IMG/VR virus record: IMGVR_UViG_3300010214_000036
Span: 1-39,191 of that record
Length of the DNA: 39,191 bases
Source of the DNA: a virus
Taxonomy: Duplodnaviria; Caudoviricetes
Reading direction: 5' to 3' (one strand)
Part shown: positions 26,647 to 34,971 of the stretch, piece after piece
Numbering within the stretch: position 1 is the stretch's first letter
Layout of the letters: every line of letters begins with the position of its first letter
The notes under the pieces: generated by a model
What the model saw: only the letters and a program-made list of their open reading frames with translations
Databases searched by the model: none
Told to the model about the DNA's origin: nothing
Program-made: the position numbers and the translations under genes

Positions 26647-26979
26647 TCAGGCGATGACCTCGACACGGAAACCGAGCGGCGACGTCGCGAAGCACGGTTC
26701 GATGGTTCTCATGGCGTCGGGGGCTGCCGCCAGGTCCGGGCTCATGAGGTAGGCGACGTCCAGGCTGTAGCCGCGGGTGTTATCCGGTGACCGGTGGAAG
26801 GTGAGCCGGCCACCTGAGCGGAAGTCGATGCGAGCGCAGCCACTGGCACGCCGGACCTTGGTGGCGTCCATGCCTGCGTCCGCCTCGGCTTCGGGGAGGT
26901 GGGTTCGGGATGCGCCGTCTCCGATGATGGCGACCCGGTACCCCGCACGGGCGAACTCGACAGCCTGCAGCACGCTCAC
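26647..26979 (-). CDS. Hypothetical protein
   Basis: GTGA overlap with the upstream HNH. I.F.SGG.L.F...RG.S.D resembles a fragment of a terminase ATPase fold. Confidence 0.6.
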   Translation of the reverse strand: MSVLQAVEFARAGYRVAIIGDGASRTHLPEAEADAGMDATKVRRASGCARIDFRSGGRLTFHRSPDNTRGYSLDVAYLMSPDLAAAPDAMRTIEPCFATSPLGFRVEVIA

Positions 26980-27269
26980 GACGCCTCCCAGATCTCGACT
27001 GGCGCCGCGTCCCCCTTGCGGCTGTTGCAGCCCCGGTGCATCGGGACGAGGGCCTGGGCGACGAGCTTCCCGCCGTGGCGGAGGGCGGCGGGGTGGTCAG
27101 CGGTGAACGAGAGGCGGTGCTCGGGCGGGAGCGTCGTGTCGATCGGTTGCCCGCACCCGTAGTTGGAGCCGTACCCGCACGGGAGGTTCTCCACGGCGGT
27201 GCGGCGCTTCAACGCTGCCTGCTTGCGGCGGTACGCCCGATGGCCCTTGCCGTTGCGATCGGTGCCCAT
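26976..27269 (-). CDS. Packaging-associated HNH endonuclease (HK97 gp74-like)
   Basis: GAGGTG SD before ATG 27269; C...CG.PID...SFTADH...GG......L.PMH..CNSRKG. Confidence 0.8.
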   Translation of the reverse strand: MGTDRNGKGHRAYRRKQAALKRRTAVENLPCGYGSNYGCGQPIDTTLPPEHRLSFTADHPAALRHGGKLVAQALVPMHRGCNSRKGDAAPVEIWEAS

Positions 27270-27300
27270 GTCGCTCACCTCGCCTCGACGCCGGGAACGA

Positions 27301-27333
27301 CGAAGCCCCCGACCTGAAAGGCCGAGGGCTTCG
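27301..27333 (-). terminator. Terminator-like hairpin ahead of the late operon
   Basis: cgaagccc...gggcttcg stem followed on the minus strand by tcgtt. Confidence 0.65.
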
Positions 27334-27415
27334 ATTCTGGACACAAAGGTCCCGTGCGAGGTCCACGTTAACAGACGCTGCCGACGAACGCGAACACCGC
27401 GGATGTCGTGTCGGG

Positions 27416-27970
27416 TCAGTAGATACCTCGGTCGTTGAGGATGCGTCGCGGCAACGGGCGGGAGGCTACGTGCTGAGATTGCCCGTCCCGGATCGGCAGC
27501 TCGAACACCTTCTCGACGCGGCGATGCATGTTGGGTTGCTGGCTCCACCTGAGCCTGATCATCACCGAGGTCTTGAACACATGGCGGAAGTAGTCCTCGG
27601 GTGATGGCTTCGTAGGCCGCACGAACTCGAATCGGAAGCCATCGCTGAATGGCACGTCACCGCAGGAGTCGCCGCTTTTTATCTCGCCATCCATGCCTAC
27701 GGCAGCCTCGACGTCATGCGCTACGCCGTTCCCTCGATTCGAGACCCACACCGCCACCACTTCCGCGTCCGTCCCGGGTTCTCGGTACGGTCCCGTCCAG
27801 TCGAACTCCCATGCGACCTTGGGATGGTCGCGTCTATGAGAGCTCACTGCTGTATAGATGCCAAGCGCGAGAGTGCCTAGGGTCCCGAACGCTGCGAGCA
27901 CGAGAGTGGTGATGCTGAGCGGATTCCACAGTGGGGCTGCCTCCGCAGCAGCGACGAGCGTGAGGGTCAC
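27416..27970 (-). CDS. Membrane-anchored accessory protein
   Basis: One N-terminal TM followed by a beta-rich domain; codon usage differs from core genes. Confidence 0.7.
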   Translation of the reverse strand: MTLTLVAAAEAAPLWNPLSITTLVLAAFGTLGTLALGIYTAVSSHRRDHPKVAWEFDWTGPYREPGTDAEVVAVWVSNRGNGVAHDVEAAVGMDGEIKSGDSCGDVPFSDGFRFEFVRPTKPSPEDYFRHVFKTSVMIRLRWSQQPNMHRRVEKVFELPIRDGQSQHVASRPLPRRILNDRGIY

Positions 27971-28182
27971 CAGAAGTCGCTCCGTCCTCGGTCGAACGCT
28001 TCCCGAAGCTCGGACACAGCGCCAGCCCGGTAGGCCGATTGGTCGATGTCGCCCATCACGAGCCGCCAGAGCTCCGACCGTCCAAGGGTTCGCGGCTTCG
28101 TGCCAGTAGCGTGCTCCTCCTCCGCGGAATCCAGTCCGGCTGCGACTGCGCGCGCCAGATCCTCGGCGGTGAGCTCCCTCAT
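27967..28182 (-). CDS. Hypothetical protein
   Basis: AGGAG SD; 4-bp overlaps at both ends. Confidence 0.55.
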   Translation of the reverse strand: MRELTAEDLARAVAAGLDSAEEEHATGTKPRTLGRSELWRLVMGDIDQSAYRAGAVSELREAFDRGRSDFW

Positions 28183-29021
28183 GCTCCTGCCTCCGTGATC
28201 ATTGAGGCTCTAGGGGATGGCGTCGGCGAACTCGCGGCATCGCCCGAGCTGAACAGACCCCCGAGATACCCAGCAAGGACGGCAGCAGCCGCCGTGGCCA
28301 CGAACGTGATGACGCCCACCTTGAGGTCCCGGTGGGAATCTGCCCGGCGGGCGTACGTCTGCGCTCGCGACTCGTTGCGGATGCGATTGGAGAGTTGATG
28401 GTCGCGGATGTAGGCCTTCGCCTGCCGTTCGAGAGCGATGCCGACGAACAGCGAAAGAGCGACGACGGTCAGAGCGAAGATCAAGGCCGCCGGGTGAAGT
28501 TGCATCGTCACCGACGCCCAAAGGAGAGCGGCCGCCAAGACAATGGTCGGCAAGTAGGCGAGGGGGCGCAGCAGACGGTTCCACTGAAATCGCGGGACGC
28601 TGCGTGCCACAATGAACTCGGCCAGCTGCTCCTCAATGGCTGGGGACCCGCGGAAGTTGATGTCGTCTGCAGTGATCTGAACCCGCACACGCGGCCTACT
28701 TCCCTCCGCCGTGTAGAACACGTGAGTGCTACCAACTCCGCTGATGTTCAGGCCCACGACGACGTGCCGTCGCTCCGGTGCAGCTCCTGCGCGGAGCCGT
28801 TCCGGCGTGGTGTCGCTGGTCGCACCTGTCCATGTTGTGTTGGTTTCGCGTCCTTCGCTTCTGGCCGATGACTCGCGGAGCAGTTCTTCGGCGCGCTCAG
28901 TGGCTTCGAAGACAGTCTCGAGGTCGAGCACTCCCGCACGAAAGTAGGTGCCGAGACGTGCACCGCCATGGAGCTCTGGGGTTGTCCTCGGACCGAACAG
29001 CAGCGTCATCAGCCAAGTCAT
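28179..29021 (-). CDS. Accessory membrane protein (soluble N domain plus three TM)
   Basis: 280 aa with three hydrophobic segments in the C-terminal half; atypical codon usage. Confidence 0.75.
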   Translation of the reverse strand: MTWLMTLLFGPRTTPELHGGARLGTYFRAGVLDLETVFEATERAEELLRESSARSEGRETNTTWTGATSDTTPERLRAGAAPERRHVVVGLNISGVGSTHVFYTAEGSRPRVRVQITADDINFRGSPAIEEQLAEFIVARSVPRFQWNRLLRPLAYLPTIVLAAALLWASVTMQLHPAALIFALTVVALSLFVGIALERQAKAYIRDHQLSNRIRNESRAQTYARRADSHRDLKVGVITFVATAAAAVLAGYLGGLFSSGDAASSPTPSPRASMITEAGA

Positions 29022-29093
29022 GGCTAGATACTGCCAGTTCGCACGCCGAGATCGGGGTGTTCTGGGCCGCGGCGGCGTGACATCTGCACGCGC

Positions 29094-29282
29094 TCAGGCG
29101 CCGGCGCCTCCTTCCCCAATGGGCCCGAAACCGTCGGGTTCTGGGTCGCACCGATGGGCATCCGCAATGCTCTCGGCCTCGCCCAGGAATTCCACCCAGT
29201 CGGGGTACTCCCATCCGCACTTCAAGCACCCGACCCAGAACTGCTGCACCTGCTCGACACGTGCAGTGGTCGCCTCAGCCAC
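29094..29282 (-). CDS. Small Zn-binding hypothetical protein
   Basis: CLKCGW...H.C motif; overlaps the methyltransferase stop. Confidence 0.65.
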   Translation of the reverse strand: MAEATTARVEQVQQFWVGCLKCGWEYPDWVEFLGEAESIADAHRCDPEPDGFGPIGEGGAGA

Positions 29283-29802
29283 GCTCGCTCCCTTCCGCGT
29301 CGGGTTCAGGGTTCAGTGGAACGAAGGTTCCGGGCAACTCACACGTCATCAGTCGCTCGGCGTCCTCCGCGCCGTAGGCGACGAGACAGGACGGGGCGCC
29401 AGAGTTCGCCCGGGCGCGCGAACCGTCCTGATGGTGGAAGTGCAGTCGCCCGTGCAGGAACAGAACGCCGTGGGCCCGCTGCCACACAGTGCGGACGAAT
29501 CCCGCGGTCTCGGTCCGTGCGAAGACGAGCGCCGTGCCGTGACCGTGATCCGCCAGCCGCTCCAGCCACCGCCACGCCTCGAAGGAGTAGGGCGGATTGA
29601 GCCAGACGCGACCGGCCCAGTCCGCTGCAAGCCCGTCCTCCGGCAGTTCGATGTGACGATGGGCGGTCGGCCACGGCCGCGGCGAGGGCGCCGCGCAGGG
29701 GTCGAGATCGAATGGCCCCAGCGCGTCAACGATCTCCGGGGGCGTGAGCCAGGTGGTCGTCTTCGCTCGCGCGCTCTGGTGTGACCCCATCGACCTAGCC
29801 AC
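29275..29802 (-). CDS. Phage DNA N6-adenine methyltransferase
   Basis: W.TP, FDLDPCA, DGL...W, WLNPPY, ART.T..F and GRL.F motifs. GTG 29802 follows an SD. Confidence 0.9.
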   Translation of the reverse strand: MARSMGSHQSARAKTTTWLTPPEIVDALGPFDLDPCAAPSPRPWPTAHRHIELPEDGLAADWAGRVWLNPPYSFEAWRWLERLADHGHGTALVFARTETAGFVRTVWQRAHGVLFLHGRLHFHHQDGSRARANSGAPSCLVAYGAEDAERLMTCELPGTFVPLNPEPDAEGSERG

Positions 29803-30148
29803 GATCGCTCCCTTCCACGTCGGGTTCACCTTCGAGGGCGCCCGCCGCTTCACGCACTGCGGAAACGTAGTGCTCGCCGAAGCCGAGCAGCGGGAGCATC
29901 GCTTCGAGCGTCCGCAGGTACGCCACGATGATGTGGTTCTGCATCAGGCGAGGAGCGCGCAGTGCGGCGAGCTCGCGCTCGAGCTGCTGGTTCTCGCGGT
30001 AGACGCGACTGCTTCGCTGGTAGCTCTCCTCGGCCATTGAGATGACCTGCTCCCACATGGCCGCCCGCACCGTCGGCTGGTAGTCCTCCGGGTTGAGTGC
30101 GCACCCGAACGCCGCCCACACCCGCCTCAGCAGTGTTCGGTCATCCAC
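29795..30148 (-). CDS. Hypothetical coiled-coil protein
   Basis: AGGAG SD before GTG 30148; overlaps both neighbours. Confidence 0.65.
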   Translation of the reverse strand: MDDRTLLRRVWAAFGCALNPEDYQPTVRAAMWEQVISMAEESYQRSSRVYRENQQLERELAALRAPRLMQNHIIVAYLRTLEAMLPLLGFGEHYVSAVREAAGALEGEPDVEGSDRG

Positions 30149-30644
30149 GGTCGGTCTCCTCTTGTCCTGCCTCGTCGGCCGGCGCGTTCGGGCAGGGCCA
30201 CTCGATGAGGCCGAGGTCTTCCCACTCGCCCGGGCCGAGCCCGTAGCGGTCGACCATGCACCGGACGCACACCTCGACGGTGAAGATCGGGCAGGCGGAC
30301 ATGTCCTCGGGCTCGCCCCGCTCGTCGAGATGGTCGCAGCCGCCCTCGAGGCAATCCCACTCGCGAACGTCGGTGACGGTGACGTGCTCGGTGTGAACCG
30401 CGACGTCGCGCGCGGCATCGCTGGGCGGGCTCGCCGCGCTATCCGCCCACTCGTCTGCGATGCTCTGGAGCATCCGGATCGCGGGCGGCGTCATCTCCGC
30501 CGGCCCGAGCAACAGGAGGGCGGCGCGCAGTTGGGTCGCGTGCGCCGTGTTCACGCCGTCGAGCCGGGCCTGCACGTCGGTGAGCTGGTTGAGGATGTCG
30601 AGCTGCTCGCGCTCGAGCTGCTCCGGGGTCTTCGTGGTGGTCAT
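30141..30644 (-). CDS. Hypothetical protein with Cys-rich C terminus
   Basis: ATGA overlap; C...CDH...C....C..C....WPC. Confidence 0.7.
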   Translation of the reverse strand: MTTTKTPEQLEREQLDILNQLTDVQARLDGVNTAHATQLRAALLLLGPAEMTPPAIRMLQSIADEWADSAASPPSDAARDVAVHTEHVTVTDVREWDCLEGGCDHLDERGEPEDMSACPIFTVEVCVRCMVDRYGLGPGEWEDLGLIEWPCPNAPADEAGQEETDRG

Positions 30645-31345
30645 GCGTTCGTTCCTTCCGTCGGGGTCTGTTCGAGGTCCCATGCGAAGCCGCGGACGTT
30701 GATGCCGGTGACGCGCCAGTTGCAGCAGCCGCATTCGACGGCGGCGCGGTCGAGGCCGCCGCGTCCGTCGGGTCGGTAGGTGGCGGTGAGGGCGACGCGC
30801 TGTTCGCGGTCGTACCAGCGTCCGCCCTTCCCGTCTGGGCCGCTGTTGAGGATCTCGACGTAGTAGTCCATGCCGCAGTCGGGGCACGGGAACGGGCGGC
30901 GGGTGGCGAGGTCGATCAGCTCCAGCACGATCGGGGGCTCAAGCTTCGCGACGATGCGCTCCTCCCACCCGGACCAGATCAGGTACCAGAGCCGTTCGGC
31001 CTCGGCGTCGGACTCCAGCCACGGCCGGGCGGCCGCGTACCAGGCGCGGAGGTTCTGCTCCGGCAGCAGCTCGGGCACTCGGTCCGGAAGGAGGTCGCTC
31101 AGGCTCGCGAGGATCTGCCCCTCCAGCTGGTCGTACTGCGCCGCCGCGTCGGTGTCGAACGGCACCGAGGACGTCTGCGCCTTCGTCCCGTTCCCGCCCG
31201 TCAGCGAGGACGCGATCGCCTCCCGCAGCTGACGGATCAGCGGGTCACGGCGCACCCAACGCGACTGTCCATCGATCAGCGCCCGATAGGGGTGCTCGAT
31301 CGTGAGCCGGTCGACGACGTCGAGGACGGTATCGCGCTGGCTCAT
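30641..31345 (-). CDS. Zn-ribbon protein, possible late transcription regulator
   Basis: CPDC...CGCC pairs after a helical domain; position near the early/late boundary. Function is inference. Confidence 0.65.
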   Translation of the reverse strand: MSQRDTVLDVVDRLTIEHPYRALIDGQSRWVRRDPLIRQLREAIASSLTGGNGTKAQTSSVPFDTDAAAQYDQLEGQILASLSDLLPDRVPELLPEQNLRAWYAAARPWLESDAEAERLWYLIWSGWEERIVAKLEPPIVLELIDLATRRPFPCPDCGMDYYVEILNSGPDGKGGRWYDREQRVALTATYRPDGRGGLDRAAVECGCCNWRVTGINVRGFAWDLEQTPTEGTNA

Positions 31346-31623
31346 CGCGTCCCCCGCCCGTGGCAGCGGCACTTCCCGTCACGACCGCAGGGGAACTCGC
31401 CGAGCTCCTTCGTCCCGCGCCGGCACCCCACACAGCACTGCTGCGGGTCTGGGGTGTTCGTCACCGGGACGCCGGCGAGACGGAACATCTCGACCTCGTG
31501 GAACGCCAGGTAGTTACTCCGCTCCGGCTCGACACGCACCTCGGGGAGGCCATCTCCGACGTCGTGGATGCCGAAGCGGGCGACCTGCGCCTTCTCGGCC
31601 GGGGTGAGTTCGGGGGCTGTCAT
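31342..31623 (-). CDS. Hypothetical Cys-rich protein
   Basis: ATGA overlaps; CC..C...C....C.CH. Confidence 0.65.
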   Translation of the reverse strand: MTAPELTPAEKAQVARFGIHDVGDGLPEVRVEPERSNYLAFHEVEMFRLAGVPVTNTPDPQQCCVGCRRGTKELGEFPCGRDGKCRCHGRGTR

Positions 31624-31820
31624 CGCGACGTCCTCTCGTTCAAATGGATCTGCGCCAGCAGGCGCTGTGTCGTGTGGTCGTAGGTCTTCTGGAAGGTCAC
31701 GGCCGGGGGTTCCCGCCACGCCTCTCGGGCGAGCGGTGGGCCGTTGCGTGACCGGCGGGCCTTCCGCTGCACCCGGTCGATGAACGCGGTGAGCTCCCGG
31801 TCGCTGTAGGTGTCGCTCAC
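31620..31820 (-). CDS. Small hypothetical protein
   Basis: GAGGA SD before GTG 31820; ATGA overlap downstream. Confidence 0.6.
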   Translation of the reverse strand: MSDTYSDRELTAFIDRVQRKARRSRNGPPLAREAWREPPAVTFQKTYDHTTQRLLAQIHLNERTSR

Positions 31821-32728
31821 GTCCTCAGTCGCCTTCCGTGCTGTGCTCCCTGAGCCATTGCTCGTGCGCGAGTCGTGCGGTGCCGCAGTGCCTGCAGTTG
31901 CGTTCGGTGCCGTAGGGCTGATGTACGCGACAGAACGGTGACGGCGGGATTCCGGCGGGGCTCTCCTCGCGCCACCCCTCGCTCGTCTCCCTCTCCCTCT
32001 CGCTCCCTCTCTCCCCAGCCGAGAACGAATCCGGACCGGCTCCAGAACGGTTCCGGAAGAGATCGGCGGGTGGGGCGGGGTGCCTCGACGGGGCGGGGTG
32101 CGACACCGACGGCCAGTCCCGCAGCGCGTAGTACGTGCGCTCCCCGGCGGAGTAGATGCCGATGTACCCGGCATCGTCCAGGGCGAGCATGTGCTCGATG
32201 AGGACGTCCTCCGTCATCTCCGGATGCCCCGGCCAGATCGCGGCGCGCACCATCCACGGCGTCGTCGTTTCCCGGCCGTGGTCGTCGGCGTGCAACCGCA
32301 GGCCGATCGCCGTCAATCGGACGTCGATCGGCAACGCGATCAGGTCCTCGTCCGTGAAGATGTCCGGGGGCAGCATCCGCTGCCTGCTCATTCCCATGCC
32401 GTCGTATCCCTCGCAAGATGGTGGTGATCGCGTCGCCGAGCTCGTGCAGGGCGACGCGGAAGCACTCGGTGAAGCCGCGTCCGCGCGGAAGTAGATCGGT
32501 GCTGTCGAGCTCGCGGGCGAAGGCCCGTTCGTACTCGGCGGCGAGGGCGGCGAGCGCTGCCCGTTCGTGCCAGGCGGGCCGGTCCCGGTCGAGGAGGATG
32601 ACCTGTGCGCCGGTGCGGGTGAACGCGGCGACGCGGCGCATCGTGCGGGTGATGCCGACCTTCAGGATCTGCCGGGCGGGCCAGTACACCGCGTACAGGG
32701 TGGCGGTGCCCGTCTTCGTGTCGATCAC
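31817..32728 (-). CDS. GIY-YIG/T5orf172-like protein (only the first ~110 aa look coding)
   Basis: GAAGGAGG SD before GTG 32728; LYAV......LKVGIT...R...E...G.TECF. The frame stays open across the next gene. Confidence 0.6.
   Translation of the reverse strand: MIDTKTGTATLYAVYWPARQILKVGITRTMRRVAAFTRTGAQVILLDRDRPAWHERAALAALAAEYERAFARELDSTDLLPRGRGFTECFRVALHELGDAITTILRGIRRHGNEQAADAAPGHLHGRGPDRVADRRPIDGDRPAVARRRPRPGNDDAVDGARRDLAGASGDDGGRPHRAHARPGRCRVHRHLLRRGAHVLRAAGLAVGVAPRPVEAPRPTRRSLPEPFWSRSGFVLGWGEREREGEGDERGVARGEPRRNPAVTVLSRTSALRHRTQLQALRHRTTRARAMAQGAQHGRRLRT
31825..32397 (-). CDS. Short replication-initiator-like protein
   Basis: R.R.L.P..F.DE.L..L....RL..IGL...ADD.GR winged-helix N terminus, GA-rich linker, C-terminal Zn finger. 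Confidence 0.7.
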   Translation of the reverse strand: MGMSRQRMLPPDIFTDEDLIALPIDVRLTAIGLRLHADDHGRETTTPWMVRAAIWPGHPEMTEDVLIEHMLALDDAGYIGIYSAGERTYYALRDWPSVSHPAPSRHPAPPADLFRNRSGAGPDSFSAGERGSERERETSEGWREESPAGIPPSPFCRVHQPYGTERNCRHCGTARLAHEQWLREHSTEGD

Positions 32729-33138
32729 GGCGCCTCCTTCCCCATGCGCTCGTACGCCTCCGCTTCGGAGATCTCGACCCAGCCGCCGGCGACGTCGTAG
32801 AGCACCCAGCCGAGGCGGAGCCCGAACACCGTCCGAATCCAGCGGCGCGCTGGCCACTCGCGCGGGTCGGCCCAGCCGGGCACCGCCCACCCCTCGGCGA
32901 CCGCCTCGGCGGGGTGCGTGGTGCGCCAGCCGTGACAGCCGGTCGTGCCGGTGCCGCAGAGCAGCTGCAGGTTCGACGCGAGCGTCAGGCCGCCCTGAGA
33001 GCGGTTCTTCCGGTGATCCCGGTTCGAGCCCACCGCACGGCGGCACCGCTGGCACGCTCCCGAGTCCCGCAGCGTCGCGAGCTCGTACGCGTCGCGCTCC
33101 TCCGCAGCAGTCGGCGGCGTCACCTTCGGGCCGATCAC
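32725..33138 (-). CDS. HNH endonuclease
   Basis: RD...CQRC...DHRK.RSQGG....NL..LC......CH. Confidence 0.85.
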   Translation of the reverse strand: MIGPKVTPPTAAEERDAYELATLRDSGACQRCRRAVGSNRDHRKNRSQGGLTLASNLQLLCGTGTTGCHGWRTTHPAEAVAEGWAVPGWADPREWPARRWIRTVFGLRLGWVLYDVAGGWVEISEAEAYERMGKEAP

Positions 33139-33437
33139 CGGGCACCCCCGGTTCGGCCGTAGCGCTTGTGCGCACCCTGCCGGGTCGTGCCCAGTCCATC
33201 GGCGATGAACGACCACGAACGGCCTGCGGCTGCCTGCCCCTGGACTGCAGCCTGAATGGCCGCCTCGACCTCATCCCGCAGCTGCACGAGTGCCCGCAGC
33301 TCGGGCTCGTCGCCGTCAGCGGCACGCCGCCCAGCAGCGCGAATCATGCGGCCGAGCGCCCGAATGTACGGGATCGTCTCGACGCGCGATCCTCTGTCAA
33401 CCCGCGGTTGACGCTTCGTCGATGGCCGGCTGGTCAT
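33135..33437 (-). CDS. HTH DNA-binding protein
   Basis: G.SW..IA..LG.TRQ.AH.RY. Confidence 0.8.
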   Translation of the reverse strand: MTSRPSTKRQPRVDRGSRVETIPYIRALGRMIRAAGRRAADGDEPELRALVQLRDEVEAAIQAAVQGQAAAGRSWSFIADGLGTTRQGAHKRYGRTGGAR

Positions 33438-34183
33438 GCTGCCACCGCCTTCAAGTGGTCGATGAGCTGGGCTCCGATGAACTCCGTGTAGGCCGGCGGG
33501 ATCGCCTGCGACAGGCCATGCTGGGTCGCCCAGTCGATGCCCATCAGCTCCTCCCGAACGGGCTTCGAGGGGGTGTAGCCGCCGCGGCCGCCCTGCGGCT
33601 TCGTCCGCCGGTCAGAGCGGCCGTGCCCGTACACGCCGCCAACGGGGTCTGAGTCGTGAGCGCATCCGCCCGCGGCCATCAGGAACACGTTGGACTCGAA
33701 CAGTCGGTGCCGGCGGAGGGCGAGACGGACGCCGTCGAGGTCGTTGGCCTTCAGGCTGAACATTGACCCGCACAGCAGCATCGGTTCGAGCATCTGATCG
33801 AGCGCGCCCTCGACGTTCTCGATTACATAGGGCAAGCCGGCCTCGACGAGCAGCTCGCGGGTGGGCTCGATCAGCTCGGGGTGCGAGTTCGAGTGCGTGT
33901 GCTTCGTCACGCTGTACGCCTGGCAGGGAGGCGAAGCGTGCACGGCCGCGAAGTCCGCGAGCACGAGCCACTCGACGGTGCCGTCTGGATGCGTGAAGGG
34001 CACAGCCTCGCCGAGCAGAAGGCGGCGAACAACGATGAGCGCGTCGCCGAGGTGGAACGCGAAGGGGTACCTTCGCTGCGCGATGTGATCGACGCCGTAC
34101 ACGTCGAACCCGGAGCGGTAGTAGCCCATCGCGGCGCCACCTTCGCAGCAGTACAGGTCGAGTAGCTTCGGAGGGGCGCTCAT
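33434..34183 (-). CDS. DNA cytosine-C5 methyltransferase (short phage type)
   Basis: LLDLYCCEGG, SPPCQ, IENV, R.R.F and QAIPP motifs. Confidence 0.88.
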   Translation of the reverse strand: MSAPPKLLDLYCCEGGAAMGYYRSGFDVYGVDHIAQRRYPFAFHLGDALIVVRRLLLGEAVPFTHPDGTVEWLVLADFAAVHASPPCQAYSVTKHTHSNSHPELIEPTRELLVEAGLPYVIENVEGALDQMLEPMLLCGSMFSLKANDLDGVRLALRRHRLFESNVFLMAAGGCAHDSDPVGGVYGHGRSDRRTKPQGGRGGYTPSKPVREELMGIDWATQHGLSQAIPPAYTEFIGAQLIDHLKAVAA

Positions 34184-34209
34184 CGCGGGTCCACCGGTAG
34201 GGTGCGGGT

Positions 34210-34645
34210 GTGGCGGATCTGATTACGGACTGGGGCGACACGTTCCCCGCTTGGCTCGGCGCTCTTGGAGGGGTTCTCTCCGTCCTGATCGCGGCGTACG
34301 CCCTCGTGCGGGCGGCGCGTGCAGAGGAGAGACACGTCGAGTGGCAGGTGAGCAACGAGCCGAAGCCCAACGGCAAGCGCGGTCCGAAGTTCCGGCTGCT
34401 CAACTCGACGAGCGGCGTAGATGCACACGTCGCCGCGATCGAGGACCTGAGTAGCGGCGCTCGCGACGCAGTGCGCAACTACATTGAGCTTCCTAGAGTC
34501 GTGCGCGGGGGGCTGGGTACCGCTGCACGTTGAGCGCAGCCTGGCGAGCGGGTACCCCACTGTCGTGAAGGTCACGTGGCGAGAGGCCCCTAGCCACCGG
34601 AGGCCGCGCCGCCGCGTGTACTCGAGCACCTTCTACCTCGACTGA
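34210..34645 (+). pseudogene. Inverted membrane-protein moron with frameshift at G6 tract 34507-34512
   Basis: ORF stops at 34533. Removing one G gives GWVPLHVERSLASGYPTVVKVTWREAPSHRRPRRRVYSSTFYLD to TGA 34645. TAGGGT -10 lies 6 nt before the GTG. Confidence 0.65.
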
Positions 34646-34650
34646 CCCGG

Positions 34651-34971
34651 TCACGGCGCCACCTCGTCGAGGCCAGCAAGGAGATCAGGGATGGTCGCCG
34701 TGAGCTTGACCTCTTCGTAGCCGGCGTCGGCGAGCATCGCGGCCACAGCTCTCGCTCGGGTGCCCCCTGTGCCGGACTCGCCTTCGCTCTCCCAGCGCCA
34801 GGCGGATCGTTTGCCTCGGGCGCCCTCGACGGTCGTCTCGCGGATGGTGCCGAGCTTGGCGAACGGCGACCAGGAGTCGATTGCGAGGCCCGCGGTCGTG
34901 GCGGCGAGCACCTGGATGTGCACCTCGTCGCCGCGGAGTTCGACGAGGACGCCGATCATGTCGTCGGTCAT
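34651..34971 (-). CDS. Hypothetical protein
   Basis: ATGA overlap with the upstream gene; 106 aa. Confidence 0.65.
   Translation of the reverse strand: MTDDMIGVLVELRGDEVHIQVLAATTAGLAIDSWSPFAKLGTIRETTVEGARGKRSAWRWESEGESGTGGTRARAVAAMLADAGYEEVKLTATIPDLLAGLDEVAP

Noticed and set aside
27501-27516. Second SOS-box-like sequence TCGAAC-ACCT-TCTCGA
   Set aside because: Two mismatches in the conserved half-site and located inside a CDS.
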